Made by a program: the position numbers and the translations under genes. This document shows positions 39,681-53,054 of a stretch of 64,000 nucleotides of DNA, piece by piece (position 1 is the first letter of the stretch; the number at the start of each line of letters is the position of its first letter). The stretch comes from Octopus vulgaris (taxonomy: Eukaryota). Location: assembly GCA_951406725.2 (NCBI GenBank), contig OX597817.1:43400001-43464000 (forward strand). Direction: 5' to 3'. The notes beneath the pieces are model-generated. The model worked only from the letters and a program-made list of their open reading frames with translations, was not told the DNA's origin and did not search any database.

Positions 39681-41702
39681 AAGTTAGACACCCACCTCTT
39701 TTAACTTCAATGTATTGAACTGGAATATCAGTGGAACAAAGAAAATCGAAACAATTTCAGGGTGGTTGTAAGGGGGGTAAGTCGATTACATCGACCTCGG
39801 GGTTCAATTGATTCTCATCTTATCAACCTCCAAAAGATAAAAGGTTAAGTCGACCTTGGCGAATTTGAATTCAGAACGTAAAGGCGGACGAAATGCTGTT
39901 TAGCATTTTGTCCGACTTATTAATGATTCTGCCAGCTTGTTGATTTAAGCATAATAATGGTATTCAAATTTTTGGCACAAGGTCAGTTAGTTCGGGAAAG
40001 ATGTAAGTCAGTTATATCGGTCCGAGTCATCAACTGGTACTTATTTTATCGACCCCAAAAGGATGAAAGACAAAGTCAACCTCGTCAGAATTTGAACTCG
40101 GAACACAAAGACGCAGGAAATGTCGCTAAGTATTTTTGCTCGGTGTGCTAACGATTCTGCCAGCTCGCCGCTTTAAACATAATTCTTTCTACTAAAGCCA
40201 CAAAGCCTGAAATTTTGGGGGAGGAGTTAAGTCGAGTACATCGACACCAGCACCCAACTGGTACTTAATTTATTGACCCCGAAGGGACGAAAGGCAACTT
40301 TGGCGGAATTTGAACTGAAATCGTTCAAAATGTTAGTTTGCTCGCTGCTTTAAACATAATTATTATTTCAAATTTTTTTGCCACCGGGGCAGCTTAGGGG
40401 AGGTGGGAATGAGTCAATTACATCGACCAGTATTCAGCTGGTACTTATTCTATCGACCTCGAGAGGATGAAAGGCAAAGTTGACCTCGGTGAAATTTGAA
40501 CACAGAACGTAGCGACGAGCGAAATACCGCCGAGCATTTCGTCCAGCGCGCTAACGATTCTGTCAGCTCGCCGCCTTTGCTTGAAACATCAATCAAATCT
40601 GATGAATTCCATAACGGAAAAGCAATATTTCAAATCGGTCCAAAAATGTTTATACACTCGTTCTTTTTGTCGAAGTTTTTCAGGTGGTTGTTCAAAGCGT
40701 TCTGATTGCTCGCCACCCGCCACTCAAAAGGTGCAATTGGTCTCCCCGCACCCAATGTTTCCGAGCCAATGAATACTAACAATATTTCTCGAAAAATTAT
40801 TTTAAAAAAATATAATAAAACAACACTAATATGGATATTTTTGTTGTAATTGTTTAATCGGTAGGCATCACTCATGCAACGGACATATGTTCAAAGACGT
40901 TTCTGCGACGGCCACTTACATTATTTTTTGACGCAGTGTGTCCTTCTTTTATTAAGATTTACACGGCATGAGTCGAAGAAAAATGCGCCAATTTTTTTCT
41001 GGTGTGTGGCGCAATGTGGTAGAGCAAGCGTGAGTAAACTGCGGTCCGCAGGACTTTATTACTGGCACATTTAACGAAAAATTATATTGTATTTTTTTTT
41101 ATTACTAGAGTGGCTCCCCTGATGATGAACCATGTCATATGTAGCCCGCTCTCTTAAAAGGTTCTCCTTGCCTGTCGTAGAGGCTCCCATGTTGGTTCGT
41201 TACAAAAGTAGTTAAATGTCAGAAAATGCATTTGCCGAGAAGAGTTGTGTCCCTTAGACCAGACAACAACTATAAAACGGAATTTTCAGGCTTGCTGTTG
41301 AGACATAAAAGGTCTTATCTTTTTTTTTTTTTTTTTTTTTTAACCTGTGTTAGTCATTGGACCGCGGCTATACTGGGCTACCGCCTTGAAAGGTTTAACC
41401 AGACAAATCGTCCCGAGTACTTATTTTTGTTCTATTGGTGACTTTCGCCGAATCGCTAATGTACAGTGAGGTAAACGAACCGACATACGCTATCAAGCGA
41501 TGTTGGCTACAAACACACCTGTCTGTCTGTCTGTCTCTCTCTCTGTATACAGTGGTGTGGTAAGAAGCTTGCTTCCCAACCACATGGTTCTGAGTTCAAT
41601 CCCACTACATGGCACCTTGTACAAGTGTCTTCTACTACAACCTCGAGCCGACCAAAATTTTGCGACTGGATATGGTAGATAGAAACCGAAAGAAGTCCGT
41701 CG

Positions 41703-41734
<32 letters not shown>

Positions 41735-42104
41735 TATATCTTAGGGAGTAAATTCAAACTTACAGGGAAAAATTAGATTTAGGATTAAATCTAATTTTAT
41801 AGTATAAATACATACATATATTATATTAAATTAGAGATAAAACCACTATTAGGCATATCAAACTGTGAAAATCATAAACCAATACATAGAAATAAAATTA
41901 ATTAATAAAAAATATATAAAATATAAAATTCAAAATTTAAAATATTTAAATTAAAGTTAAAATTTAAAAAATTATTTAAATTAATAATTTATACTTATAA
42001 ATATTTAAATATATATATATATTTTATTATTATTTTATTTATTTATTAATTTATTAATTTTTTTTAAATATAACTATCAAAAAGTATCTATCTATATTAT
42101 TATT

Positions 42105-42189
<85 letters not shown>

Positions 42190-42283
42190 GGGAATATTAC
42201 TTCCGAGTATTACTTCCGAGTACACAGGAATAAGACATTCAAATTAGATGTACTAAAATGAACATCACTCAATGTTTAATTCG

Positions 42284-42556
42284 TATATATAAAACTAGGT
42301 TTAGAGACAGAACCACCTTCAACTCAATCAGCACTGAAATGTTTTATACCCGACCACTTCATAAAATGTTAAATATTAAATATTATACCAACTATATCTA
42401 TTCTGAATCCCGTATAAACGGAAAATACGGGATTCAGAATAGATATAGTTAGTATAATATTTAATATTTAACATTTTATGGAGTGGTTGGGTATAAAACC
42501 TTTCAGTGTTGATTGAGTTGAAGGTGGTTTTGTCTCTAAAACTACTTTGATATATA
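42284..42556. repeat. ~130-bp-arm palindrome with 9-nt loop
   Basis: ...ttctgaatcccgtat aaacggaaa atacgggattcagaa...; arms end in TA repeats. Confidence 0.93.
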
Positions 42557-43270
42557 TATAAATGGAGTTTAAATGCGTTAAACTCCATTTATTTATTTAT
42601 ATATTATACAAAAACTTCCACGTAAAATCGATGTTTCTACCTTGAAAAACAAGGAATTACAACCTCTTTACTTGTGTGATTTTTTGCTACCCTGGTAACT
42701 ATTTATCTATTTTTTCTGTGTTAATTGTTAACAAGGGAAAAATACACTCATCTATATATATATGTATAATATAAATAATATATAAATATATGCATATATG
42801 TATACACATATGTACATACCTACATATATATGTATGTATATATACATACATATATGGGTACAGGACATAAAAAAAACGTAGACACAATGAGAAAACGAAA
42901 ACATAAAAACAAAAACATAGAAAACGAACCTTTTTTCGAACAACGAAAAAAAACCCTAGAGAAACGAGATATGCAACATAAAGAACATTCCCCTACATCA
43001 ATTGTCCCTGTTTCACCTACTCCGCGTTTTCGAAGGTAAGGACAATACGCAACTTCGTTGAAACAGTCCTTCTCGCAAAGCAAATTGAATAAAATTTGGA
43101 ATTTTTTGCGGAGGGTGAAAGTGGCAACAAAAACAGGAAAGTGAGAACAAGACAGTAAAAACAAACGGTAAGGGCTGTTAAGTCAAGACGATGTGAAAAA
43201 TTATGAACGCTGGAAAGACGAGCTACGAGAAGAGACATGTAAAAGCACGTCTTGTCTTTACGAAGGAAGT

Positions 43271-44351
43271 TGTAGCGGACTCTTAGTGAAATTCATCCTC
43301 TCTCTCTGACGTATAGAATACAAATACGGACGTAGCAGATAACAGTCAACCTTCGGCCGCTTGGGCCCTGTTGTGTCCACTACTCTGATTGGGTGGTATT
43401 GGCTCGATTTGTTTCTTGCTGTATTACGCGCCACTGTGCAACCCAACCAATCGCAACCTTCTGATAAGGTTCCGTGACACAGTCTTCTAAGTTCTCTACT
43501 GGAGCCTATAATTTGCTATAAAAGCTTCAGCGATTCATCGTATCTCGTCTTTGGCACGAGACCTAAGCTCTAGTCACTGACCACAGAGCGACTCAGCCAG
43601 TTCCAGCGACAGTCAGCGACAAACAACACCAGCAGTATTTCAGGACCTCCATCTACGTCGCCTTCATCCTATCGACGCCAACAACATCTCTACGTACACA
43701 GCACCATTCACTTTGGTTAACTTGACGCTGTTTGTGAATACTTCACCATGGTTAACTGCAAGCTCTACCTGCGAGAATTTCCTGTAACCCGGCACAGCAT
43801 AGTAGCAACAACCTCTACACCACACGTGTAGTAACCGGTTCTGCCTTGTGACCTCAACTTTTTGTACAGAATTCCAACTATTGTGTATCTTACTACGAAC
43901 TGGTATTTATCTTCATTGTGTCTGAACTTCTAGCGTCTTGATAGACTCATTTTTATGCTCTGTATTTTATCTCACACGCATACACCCTTGTTTGTACACA
44001 CATACACATTATTGTATGCATGGTGACCTGTCTATTATTATTGTTCTTATTATATATGTACTTATGACGCACACACGTACACACAGTCTGCTAACACACG
44101 TACACTTTATGTATGCTTGACGCCCTGTCTATTATTGTTCTTATGTACTTATGTCGCACTCATGGACACACACTCGGCTACCACATAAATAAAACCTTTC
44201 TCTAAACATTTACGGTTCTGTCGTCTTCTCCTTATTCTTTCTGGCACGCTTATACAGTTATCAATATTTTGGCTTTTATTGTAAGGCGACCGTGCAGTGT
44301 TTAAAGGAGTCATTTATTCGTCACGTCTCCTTTTCGCACGGTCGTTCTACA
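43271..44351 (+). mobile_element. Candidate solo LTR
   Basis: TGTAG...CTACA termini, CCAAT/ATTGG boxes at about 43387-43451, ctataaaag at about 43517, aataaa at about 44188; no clear TSD. Confidence 0.6.
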
Positions 44352-44714
44352 ATCTGAAAGAAAGAAAGTAGATCGTCTTTCGTCGTCTTTGTGCCGGTGT
44401 TTATCCCCCGCTACTACTTGACAACCAGTGTTGGTGTGTTTATGTCCTCGTAACTTAGCGGTTCGGCAAAAGGGATTGATAGAATAAGAACCAGAATTAA
44501 CAAAAAAAAAAAAAAGGTTAATGTTTACAACTTGACCCGGAAACGAATATGCAAAAAAAAAAAAAAAAAAATGCGCGCAAAGTAACGGGAGGTTGAGGAG
44601 AGGACCTCGGAAAATTCACAAGCTCCGAGGTTTTCCCTCATAACTTTTAGGAAAATGGGTTTTTTTTCAATGAAATTTTATATAAATACCTTTCTTACGA
44701 TTATAAAGTATACA

Positions 44715-44980
44715 TAAAACAACACAATATAGTCATATGCAATACATATTGCCCACCGGATGCTCCAAACCACATAGGCAAATTTGAAGATTGCCTCACA
44801 AGATTTAAAGAAATCCTCATGCAACTGGAACACCACGTGAGCATATTTCTTAAGGGTGATTTCAACTTCCCCAACGTCAAATGACCCGAAGGACTCATGC
44901 TTTCAGGAATGACTCATTGCAAGCAAGCACAGGTGGAGTCCCTGTTCAACGTCACCAATGCCCTATTCTAAACCAAGTGC
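44715..44980 (+). mobile_element. CR1/L2-like LINE AP-endonuclease fragment
   Basis: YCPPDAPNHIGKFEDCL...IFLKGDFNFPNVK*. Confidence 0.8.
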
Positions 44981-45347
44981 CATGTATTAAAGGAAGATCT
45001 CAGTAATAAAAGTGTAGCAAAACGGCGGTGCTCCAGCATGGCCAGAGCTATGAGCTGAAACTACAAAAAATACATATATACAGACATATATGAATCTCTC
45101 TATATATATGTATTTTTTTACTACCCACAAGGGGCTAAACACAGAGGAGACAAACAAGGACAGACAAACGGATTAAGTCGATTACATCGACCCAGTGCGA
45201 AACTGGTACTTTATTTATCGACCCCAAGAGGATGAAAGGCAAAGTCGACTTTGGCGGAATTTGAACTCAGAACGTAACGACAGACGAAATACCGCTAAGC
45301 ATTTCGCCCGGCGCGTTAACGTTTCTGCCAGCTCGCCCGGCAAAATG

Positions 45348-45389
<42 letters not shown>

Positions 45390-45394
<5 letters not shown>

Positions 45395-45709
45395 TGTCCA
45401 TTATACAAATCCACAATTTTTCAGTTAGAGGGCTCGAACTTTCTATGGTCATTCAAAACCTTCCAAGGTTGGTCGTGCACATCTTTACATTTCCCCAGTC
45501 ACCCCGCAAAGCCATTAAAAAATCAATAGAAGTGACTTTTTTGTGAATTTTCTATCCAAAACCCAATGAAAATGCCCGAAACCTGATACGCCAATTGAAT
45601 GCCAGCTAGCTGTATGTGATTGGTCGGAGATCTGGACAGTACTCACGTATGTATGTGCGCATGCATGCACTAGCACTATGATCCGGCAACGCCGGGTCAT
45701 AGTGCTTGT
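45390..45709 (+). mobile_element. Non-autonomous Helitron-like element with extended terminal palindrome
   Basis: actagcactatgatccggcaacgccgggtcatagtgcttgt; same GCAACG-loop hairpin as at 30440. Confidence 0.6.
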
Positions 45710-46058
45710 ATATAATATATATACACACATCTGTATATACACACACATGTATACAATATATATATACATACATATGCCCACATATATACACACACATATA
45801 TATATATATACACACACATACATACATACACACACACACAGAGGGAAAAAAACTTGGATTTTGTGAAGTTTCCGAAGTCCTCTCCCCACCACTTGGAAAA
45901 GATTTTCTCCACAAGCAGATGAAAGATATGTTTGCATGTATGTATGTATGTATGTATGTATGTATGTATGTATGTATGTATGTATGTATGTATGTATGTA
46001 TGTATGTATGGTGCGTGCGTGTGTCTGCGTGCATGTTTTGTGTGTGTGTGTGTGTGTG

Positions 46059-46103
<45 letters not shown>

Positions 46104-46328
46104 GCAAAAATTCCGATCGGAAGTTTTCAAGAACAAGTTACATAGTGCCAGATGACTCAGCCAACCTAAATTCGGGAGGCTGAATGTATGCATAATTGGA
46201 GAATAAATCCATGTTTACCATATGTATTTGTCGTTATGCATTGTTTGTACACGATAGCGCTACCACCCACCCGACCTCGGTGCTCTCACTACTTAAATAC
46301 CCGATTCTATCCAATCCTGGAATTTATG

Positions 46329-46389
<61 letters not shown>

Positions 46390-46662
46390 CATTTGATTTT
46401 TTGATGTCCTTACCCCCAAACTTTTGTGAGTTGAATTAAGCAAACACTATATATGAGAGAGATTTTCTTTAAGTATTAGAAATAGCTTTAAAAAAGTTTT
46501 TTAGCTGCTATTTCTAATGAGTTCAGTATGCGGCAAAGTAATTTATTTTACTAAGCCCTTTTATATAATGTAATAATTTGAATTCGCCTTAAATGGTCCC
46601 TTTGCATACTGAACACTTGGTGAAATTGATTAATAATTAATTAATTTTACCCTCAATTGTTG

Positions 46663-46696
<34 letters not shown>

Positions 46697-46700
<4 letters not shown>

Positions 46701-46960
46701 GGACAAGAACGCAAAACATTCAGAAGACGATACAAAAAACACGGACGGGTCATTGGAAGCCTTCAGTCTTCAGTCAAAAACCGGATCATCCTCGCAATTT
46801 CGGCTGATTAATCTTGAGATTGCTCCAATCTGGCCAGCTCCAAGGAAAAATTAAGCTAAGCGCATTAGATTCCTTGGAAAAAAGCTTCGAATGTATACGA
46901 AACAAGGACGGAAAAACGGACGATGTTACACGAATATGAATACAAAAATAATACGAAAAT
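46697..46960 (+). mobile_element. TA-associated repeat, probably Penelope-like (copies at 61139-61280 and 63070-63300)
   Basis: Shared gcaatttcggctgattaatcttgagattgctccaat block. Confidence 0.6.
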
Positions 46961-46962
46961 AC

Positions 46963-47042
<80 letters not shown>

Positions 47043-47274
47043 CAACAACAATAACAGGACATCGCAACAGGCGTCTTTCGACTTAGACGAATTGAACTCA
47101 GCTGGCGTGTTAGGAATGTATATATATATGTATAAGAGATAATGGTATCATTGAGACCCAAATGTTTCAGGTAATGCTGAATAAGTGCTATAGACAGACC
47201 ATACTTAAGTTCCAGATTCGGTAATATTGCGAATAAAGGGTTTAATGTTGGGTCTATGTCAGCGTGTGTATATA

Positions 47275-47458
47275 AGAATTTTTTGCGTAATGAGATAAAA
47301 AAACCAAGGGTGTATAGATATTAGAGTATTTATAGATAAGTCTTACAGCTGTTTCTAGGATATTAATTAATAATATCCTAGAAACAGCTGTAAGACCTTC
47401 TATCTATAAATGCTCTAATATCTATACAGCCTTGGTTTTTTATCTCATTACGCAAAAA

Positions 47459-47463
<5 letters not shown>
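47275..47463. repeat. ~90-bp-arm palindrome with GAAACAGCTGTA motif
   Basis: Centre ctaggatatta-attaa-taatatcctag; abuts (TA)n. Confidence 0.9.
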
Positions 47464-47501
<38 letters not shown>

Positions 47502-47536
47502 GTATTCATAAATGTATATATATATATATATATATT

Positions 47537-47571
<35 letters not shown>

Positions 47572-47778
47572 CATATATATATATATATATATATAAAATT
47601 GAAGCCAAAACATTAAAAATTATTCAAAGTCGGTAGAAATAAACACAACGTAGGGTAGTAGTACTACGCTAGGGTGTCTGTAGAAAGTTGAATGTGATTT
47701 CGGAATATAACGAGGAAAAATTCGTATCTTGGGAATTTTCAGAAAGTCCTCTCCCCACCTCAAGATTTTACTCACAAA

Positions 47779-48466
47779 TCTCTATATATAAAACTGAAAT
47801 GCGTTTTTCCCGCTTGGATCGCTTTCAATGCCACTACGTCCCATCCTCACTCACGCTATTTCCTCTCTTTTTCACTGACTCTGTTTACTACCTTCCCATC
47901 ACTTCGGCGACGTTCTTTTAAGTATCTGTCTGTCACCAACAACACACGAGCATGAGAACAAATATTATGAATCAGATATTCTTGCGTTCATTTATATGTG
48001 TGTGTGTGTGTTCTATATATAAATATGTATATATAATGTATGTGTGTGTGTGTGTGTGTTCTATATATAAATATGTATATATAATGTATGTGTGTGTGTG
48101 TGTGTGTGTGTTCTATATATAAATATGTATATATAATGTATGTGTGTGTTCTATATATAAATATGTATATATAATGTATATATACAAAGTGTATATATCT
48201 GTATTTATGTATATTAAACTTTTTCATACTTTTTCATAGTTATATATATTTTTAAACAAATTATAAATATAATTTAATAATTTTTATTTTCAATTTAAAT
48301 AATTTAAATTTTTCAATTTTATATTTTATATATTTTCTATATTATATTTTTTTTATGTTTTTGTTTTTGGTTTTTCACTGTTTGATTTGCCTATTAGTGG
48401 TTTTATCTCTAATTTAATTTATACAGATATATATCTCATTTGTATACATTTGTATATATAATGCGT

Positions 48467-48559
<93 letters not shown>

Positions 48560-49742
48560 ATGTGTGCATTACGTAGTCGGTCGATTCAGCTGAAAATATA
48601 CACACCTATGTTAAAAGTGCTGGCAAGTTTGCATGACAACTATTTTTTTCCTCAAATGAAAGGCGTCACCTCTAGGACAAAATTCCTCATCTTATAAAAT
48701 GTGGCCCCAGTAGACCCGAATGAAATATTAGCCAAAATGTGAAAAGGGGTCTAAATGGGGCTGGAAGGGGATTAAATTTTCAAGGAGCCGGTGTTTAGCA
48801 ATTCTCTGTTACATCAAGCTAGAAAATTTGCGCCAGCCTTTTAATCGTCAATGTGTTGCCGTCCATGATGAAGAAGTTTTGAATGCTTGCCATGGTGAGT
48901 CTACTGTCGTGAGAAAAAATCAATTCAAAACTTGGTGTTTACGAATTTTCTTTTGCATCAAGTTCAAAATTTTACACCAGCCGTTAAACTGTCAATACGT
49001 TGTTGTCCGTCGTTAAGAAATGCCAGCCATGGTGACTCTACTATCCTCAAATTCTATCCCTTCAAACTTTGGTTTCCAATATTTTATTATTTTTATTCAG
49101 CTCGCAAGTTCGTCTGTCCCTTTTAAAAGTTAGCGTTTTGCTGTCTGCCTTGAAGCAGACCTTTCCGTTGCCACTGCCTGATATTTATGATTGATCTTTC
49201 TAAATATTTTATTTCTCAACTTACTTAAGATTTTCTGTTGTTTATAAATGGGAGAGAGATAGATAAAGATAGAGAGTAAGAGAAAGCGAGGGAGAGTCCG
49301 AGAGAAAGGAAGAGTAAGAGAGTGGGAAAGTGAGAGAGAAAGGAGAGAGAAACAAAGACGGAGAATCATCATCATCATCATCGTTTAACGTCCGTTTTCC
49401 GTGCTAGCACGGGTTGGACAGTGTGACCGGGGTCTGGGAAGCCAGGAGGCTGCACCAGGCTCCAGTCTGATCTGGCAGTGTTTCTACAGGTGGATGACCT
49501 TCCTAACGCCAATCACTCTGTGAGTGTAGTGGGTGCTTTTTTCGTGCCGCTGCACAGGTGCCATGGGGGCTGGCAGCGGCAACGATCGGTTGGTGCTTTT
49601 TACGTCCCACCGGCACAGAAGCAAGTCAAGGCGGCGCTGCAATCGGCCACGTTCGGATGGTGCTTTTTACGTGCTGAAAGGAAGCAACAGAAAGTAACAA
49701 CCACACTCTTACCCGCGCGTAGAGCGGGTCACTTTCAGCTAG
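47779..49742 (+). mobile_element. Non-autonomous Helitron, unit 1 of tandem dimer
   Basis: A|TC start, 3' hairpin acccgc-gcgtaga-gcgggt, CTAG end. Confidence 0.8.
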
Positions 49743-51102
49743 TCTCTCTATATAAAACTGAAATGCGTTTTTACCGCTTGGCTCGCTTTCAATGCCACTA
49801 CATCCCGTCCGAATCGCTCCAAAATTTACAGGGACATGTAGAATGAGGTGACGATGCTCGTGGGTTACCTTAGAAATCCCTATCTTAAAAGGTGTGGTTG
49901 CTAGGGGCCATCTTCCTCACTCACGCTATTTCCTCCATTCCCCTCTAACTCCCCGTCATTTATAACTTTGACAAGTCCACTCCCGTTATTTAATGTATCT
50001 GTTTTCCTCAACTCACTCTCGCTATTTCCTCTCTTCACAGCACATTTTCACTCACTCTATTTCTTACCTTCCCATAACTCTCACGTATGTATCTGTCTGC
50101 ATTCATAGAGAGAAACAAATATTCCATCGCTATCGCCATCGCTTTCTATTGTCTACCTGTCAACGCGCCGATCGACCAAATACAAACAGAACACACCAAC
50201 GAGCGTTTATATGTGTGTGTGTTCTCTATATAAATATGTATATATAATGTATATATACAAAGTGTATATATCTGTATTTATGTATATTAAACTTTTTAAT
50301 ACTTTTTGATAGTTACGTAAAGGGAACTGGTTGCTTCTTTACACTTTTTGGGTGCAACTTGGATGCGAGACAGATAATTTTCTCTGTTAATTACGTGACC
50401 AACAGGGGGAAATTATGCCTAAACATGAGCACAGCGCATGTGAACATCCGACGTGCTTTGAGTCGGGAGAAGAATTGAGCTGACGCAGACGTGTTGCAAA
50501 ACAAGGGAGTACACGTGCAGAACAGAGGTGCATGAGTGTAATAGGGTTTGCTAGGCTGAAATACAGTGTACAGTATTGAATATGCCAGTGATTAATGCAG
50601 TAAGGCTGAGGCTGTCAGTCAGTGCTTGAGCTATTATATGCCTAGGTCGTGCAGGAACAAAAGTGTGGCATGCTGGCGCGTTGTAAGGGACAAACAACGT
50701 TCTCTATGTATGCGTGACCGACCTAGGGTCTTACAGAGATGAGTTGTGTTTACAAGGGCACATTGAGCATGGAAAACAAGCGAGAAAGGCATGTGTGGCG
50801 TATGAATGTGACAGAGATAGCATTTGTGTGTGTATTAACTATGTGTGTTCGTGTGTGCGACAGAAGTACAAACAAGGTGTATGCGGGCAAAACAAAATAC
50901 AGCGCATAGGAAAAGTCTCTCAGGGTATTTCAGACAAGATGGAGTTAATTTACCAGTTCGTAGTAAAGTACATAATAGCAGTTCGTTCTGTAACAGGATG
51001 TTCGGATCACGTTCGGATGGTGCTTTTTACGTGCTGAAAGGAAGCAACAGAAAGTAACAACCACACTCTTACCCGCGCGTAGAGCGGGTCACCTTCAGCT
51101 AG
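49743..51102 (+). mobile_element. Non-autonomous Helitron, unit 2 of tandem dimer
   Basis: TC start directly after CTAG of unit 1; same 3' hairpin; CTAG|T end. Confidence 0.85.
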
Positions 51103-51456
51103 TTACTTTATAATCGTAATGTATGCTGTTTGAAAGGTATTTATATAAAATTTCATTGAAAAAAACCCCCCATTTTCCTAAAAGTTATGAGGGAAAAACT
51201 CGGATCTTGTGAATTTTCCGAAGTCCTCTCCTCAACCTCCCGTTGCTTTGCGCGCATTTTTTTGTTTTTTTCACATTCGTTTCCTGCACATTTTTTTTAC
51301 ACTATTTGCACTATTTTTATCTTGATTTTCGTTTTCGGATCATGACGATTTTAATTTCTTTTTTAACCATATAAAACAAACCTTCTGTAGTTTTTCCATC
51401 CGATTTTGTTTTTATACACCCAACCACATGCCTTGACATACCACATCTCTCATCCA

Positions 51457-51487
<31 letters not shown>

Positions 51488-51531
51488 CTAGTTTCAGCTC
51501 AGAGCTGCGGCCATGCTGATGCACCGCCGTT

Positions 51532-51586
<55 letters not shown>

Positions 51587-51745
51587 TAAATGAATGAATT
51601 AAACGGGCTGATGTATAAATATCAACACGAGTGTCACACCTAACTTTCAGATTGATTTTTTGCCCTACTGTTTAGTTCGTAGGTCAAAAGGATTCACCAT
51701 AGCTGTTGTTTAGCCTCCTACCCGTCAACATCTATTACCAATAGC

Positions 51746-51969
51746 GCTGGCAGAAACGTTAGCACGCCGGGTGAAATGCGTAGCCGTATTTCCTCTGTCG
51801 TTACGTTCTGAGTTCAAATTCCGCCGAGGTCGACTTTACCTTTCATCCCTTCGGGGTCGATAAATTAAATACCAGTTACTCACTGGGGTCGATGTAATCG
51901 ACTTAATCCCTTTGTCTGTCCTTGTCTGTCCCCTCTGTGTTCAGCCCCTTGTGGGTAGTAAAGAAATAT
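51746..51969 (+). mobile_element. SINE family A with TSD
   Basis: tattaccaat(a/t)gcgctg on both flanks. Confidence 0.88.
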
Positions 51970-52084
51970 ATATTACCAATTGCGCTGTATTTGCAGAATA
52001 GTAATAAAATACTTGTCCTGTACTGGAGTCGTTCTATTATCGTCTGTTCTTCTCTATCAAATTTCAAGAATTTCCCTTCAACAA

Positions 52085-52980
52085 GAATTCATACCCATTT
52101 TCGATAGATACAAGATCTATTTATCTCTAAGTCACAGTGACTGAGAAGTGGAGCTGCTATGTTATTTCGGAACGGTCTGGGTCTCTCGATAAAACCAAGT
52201 TGATGGTCCTGCATGTGAACAGGATCGAAAGGGGCGCATTCAGACTCAGGGACGGGACAGCCGGATTTCTCCAGGTGTCTGTAAAATTTCCTGAGTACTT
52301 CCAGTTCTTTACTGCGAGTGGGCCACAGATTCGCCATCTTAGATGCACATTTGGATTGAATGGGGCTAGCCGATAGAGTGCAAAAGCCTCACAAAACTAC
52401 TCAGGTGTTTCCACCTGTCTGTCATGTAGAAAATGGATTTCCCGAACATGCCTGTGTGGGCATGGAAAACCACACCGGATCATTCTAGGTCGTATCTAGA
52501 TCGAGTATTCTTATTTCTTTACTACCCACAAGGGGCTGAACACAGAGGGTACAAACAAGGCCAGACAAACGGATTAAGTCGATTATATCGACCTCAGTGC
52601 ATAACTGGTACTTATTTAATCGACCCCGAAAGGATGAAAGGCAAAGTTGACCTCGGCGGAATTTGAACTCAGAACGTAACTGCAGACGAAATATCGCTAA
52701 GCATTTTGCCCGGCATGCTAACGTTTCTGCCAGCTCGCCGCCTTAGTTTAGATCGATATCGAATATTCTGTCGACCAATAGATAAGGATAGCATAGCTTG
52801 TTTGCATTTTAAAATGGTCAGTTATACATATCACAGATTTGTGATTTGTATGGTCGTCCTAAATAGGTTTCATAGACTGGAAGCTGAATGTGCAACTCTC
52901 GGTGCACCAAGTTTTCAGAAACCTGATTAGTAAATTAGTTAATCGGGCATTGACGGAGGTAGTCGTCCACAAAAATTGGA
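52085..52980 (+). mobile_element. Decayed Tx1/L1-type endonuclease interrupted by SINE A (about 52511-52744)
   Basis: SRSYLDRV, HFKMVSYTYHRFV and WKLNVQL motifs. Confidence 0.72.
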
Positions 52981-53054
52981 GGTTCGCCCTGTAAAGGTCG
53001 ATTAGAGTAGAACTGATAGGGTTTAATAAGGCTGTAGAAAATTAAAATAAAGAC

